A DNA stretch of 64,000 nucleotides from Escherichia coli (GTDB lineage: Bacteria; Pseudomonadota; Gammaproteobacteria; Enterobacterales; Enterobacteriaceae). The stretch's first letter is position 1, and every line of letters begins with the position of its first letter. Positions 63,301 to 64,000 of the stretch are shown here, piece after piece. Location of the stretch: the NCBI RefSeq assembly GCF_024502345.1, contig NZ_JALDNN010000001.1. One strand, given 5' to 3'. A model generated the notes under the pieces. It did no database searches, was not told the DNA's origin, and saw only the letters and a program-made list of their open reading frames with translations. Position numbers and translations under genes: made by a program.

Positions 63301-64000
63301 CAACGCCGTCATCACCTTTCCCGACAACGGAGCGCATTAACTTCCGTGGCTGGCCGGACGCACAAATACGATGCGCAGAGTGCTGGTTCTGGGGGCAAAA
63401 ATTCGGTCGTATTGACAGTGATCTCACCATTTCTGGCGATACATTAACGCTGACCAATGGACTGATTGATACCGGTTTCTCGCGGCTTACTGCCGATGGT
63501 GAATGGGTTAATAATCCGGGGAATGAACGTACCTCGCTGAAAGGAAAACTGCGCGGGCAGAAAATTGATGCCGCCGCAGAATTTTTTGGTGTCACGACGC
63601 CCATACGGCAGTCATCATTTAATGTGGATTACGATTTACACTGGCGTAAAGCACCGTGGCAGCCAAATGAGGCGACGTTGAATGGCATCATTCATACTCA
63701 ACTGGGTAAAGGCGAAATTACCGAAATCAATACCGGACATGCCGGGCAATTGCTGCGCTTATTGAGCGTAGATGCCCTGATGCGTAAGCTGCGTTTTGAT
63801 TTCAGAGACACTTTTGGCGAAGGGTTCTATTTTGACTCCATTCGCAGCACCGCGTGGATTAAAGACGGCGTTATGCACACCGACGACACGCTGGTGGATG
63901 GCCTGGAGGCGGATATCGCCATGAAAGGGTCGGTAAATCTGGTACGTCGCGACCTGAATATGGAAGCGGTTGTCGCACCAGAGATTTCTGCGACGGTGGG
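60378..64000 (+). CDS. yhdP: AsmA-family envelope protein YhdP, 5' portion (runs off the window end)
   Basis: GTG start, MRRLPGILLLTGAALVVIAALLVSG...; open frame to the window end, hence not in the ORF track; minus-strand ORFs here are shadows. Confidence 0.85.
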   Translation, partial: MRRLPGILLLTGAALVVIAALLVSGLRIALPHLDAWRPEILNKIESATGMPVEASQLSASWQNFGPTLEAHDIRAELKDGGEFSVKRVTLALDVWQSLLHMRWQFRDLTFWQLRFRTNTPITSGGGNDSLEASHISDLFLRQFDHFDLRDSEVSFLTPSGQRAELAIPQLTWLNDPRRHRAEGLVSLSSLTGQHGVMQVRMDLRDDEGLLSNGRVWLQADDIDLKPWLGKWMQDNIALETAQFSLEGWMTIDKGDVTGGDVWLKQGGASWLGEKQTHTLSVDNLTAHITRENPGWQFSIPDTRITMDGKPWPSGALTLAWIPEQDVGGKDNKRSDELRIRASNLELAGLEGIRPLAAKLSPALGDVWRSTQPSGKINTLALDIPLQAADKTRFQASWSDLAWKQWKLLPGAEHFSGTLSGSVENGLLTASMKQAKMPYETVFRAPLEIADGQATISWLNNDKGFQLDGRNIDVKAKAVHARGGFRYLQPANDEPWLGILAGISTDDGSQAWRYFPENLMGKDLVDYLSGAIQGGEADNATLVYGGNPQLFPYKHNEGQFEVLVPLRNAKFAFQPDWPALTNLDIELDFINDGLWMKTDGVNLGGVRASNLTAVIPDYSKEKLLIDADIKGPGKAVGPYFDETPLKDSLGATLQELQLDGDVNARLHLDIPLNGELVTAKGEVTLRNNSLFIKPLDSTLKNLSGKFSFINGDLQSEPLTASWFNQPLNVDFSTKEGAKAYQVAVNLNGNWQPAKTGVLPEAVNEALSGSVAWDGKVGIELPYHAGATYNVELNGDLKNVSSHLPSPLAKPAGEPLAVNVKVDGNLNSFELTGQAGADNHFNSRWLLGQKLTLDRAIWAADSKTLPPLPEQSGVELNMPPMNGAEWLALFQKGAAESVGGAASFPQHITLRTPMLSLGNQQWNNLSIVSQPTANGTQVEAQGREINATLAMRNNAPWLANIKYLYYNPSVAKTRGDSTPSSPFPTTERINFRGWPDAQIRCAECWFWGQKFGRIDSDLTISGDTLTLTNGLIDTGFSRLTADGEWVNNPGNERTSLKGKLRGQKIDAAAEFFGVTTPIRQSSFNVDYDLHWRKAPWQPNEATLNGIIHTQLGKGEITEINTGHAGQLLRLLSVDALMRKLRFDFRDTFGEGFYFDSIRSTAWIKDGVMHTDDTLVDGLEADIAMKGSVNLVRRDLNMEAVVAPEISATV

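Noticed and set aside
60857-63604. Minus-strand ORFs up to 217 aa within the yhdP region
   Set aside because: The plus strand carries one continuous long frame (yhdP) that the ORF track omits only because it has no stop inside the window.

Overview
The window is Escherichia coli-type core chromosome, in reverse orientation relative to the usual K-12 convention. Gene content in order: S10, spc and alpha ribosomal-protein operons (rpsJ to rplQ, including secY and rpoA); yhdN-zntR-arfA; mscL-trkA-rsmB-fmt-def on the minus strand; dprA-smg-yrdD-tsaC-aroE-yrdB; yrdA; a complete rrnD-type rRNA operon (P1/P2, 16S, tRNA-Ile, tRNA-Ala, 23S, 5S, tRNA-Thr, second 5S, T1/T2); yhdWXYZ ABC transporter; yhdV; acrEF; acrS; yhdU; yhdJ; fis-dusB; prmA; panF-yhdT; accBC; acuI; csrD; mreBCD; yhdE; rng; and the 5' part of yhdP. 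Two accessory insertions stand out. (1) A 1057-bp IS903-family element with 18-bp inverted repeats and a 9-bp target duplication interrupts acrS after codon 11. (2) A 1.87-kb segment sits exactly at the 3' end of fis, flanked by 17-bp direct repeats that duplicate the last fis codons. It carries a frameshifted integrase N-terminal fragment, an array of 13 copies of the 9-bp motif AGGTGTCAT arranged around a perfect palindrome, a GC-rich non-coding segment and a 5'-truncated ORF. I read it as the decayed remnant of a site-specific integrative element (prophage, satellite or PICI-like), and it is the most interesting part of the window. All comparisons to K-12 are from memory, not from a database search; no alignment or homology search was run.
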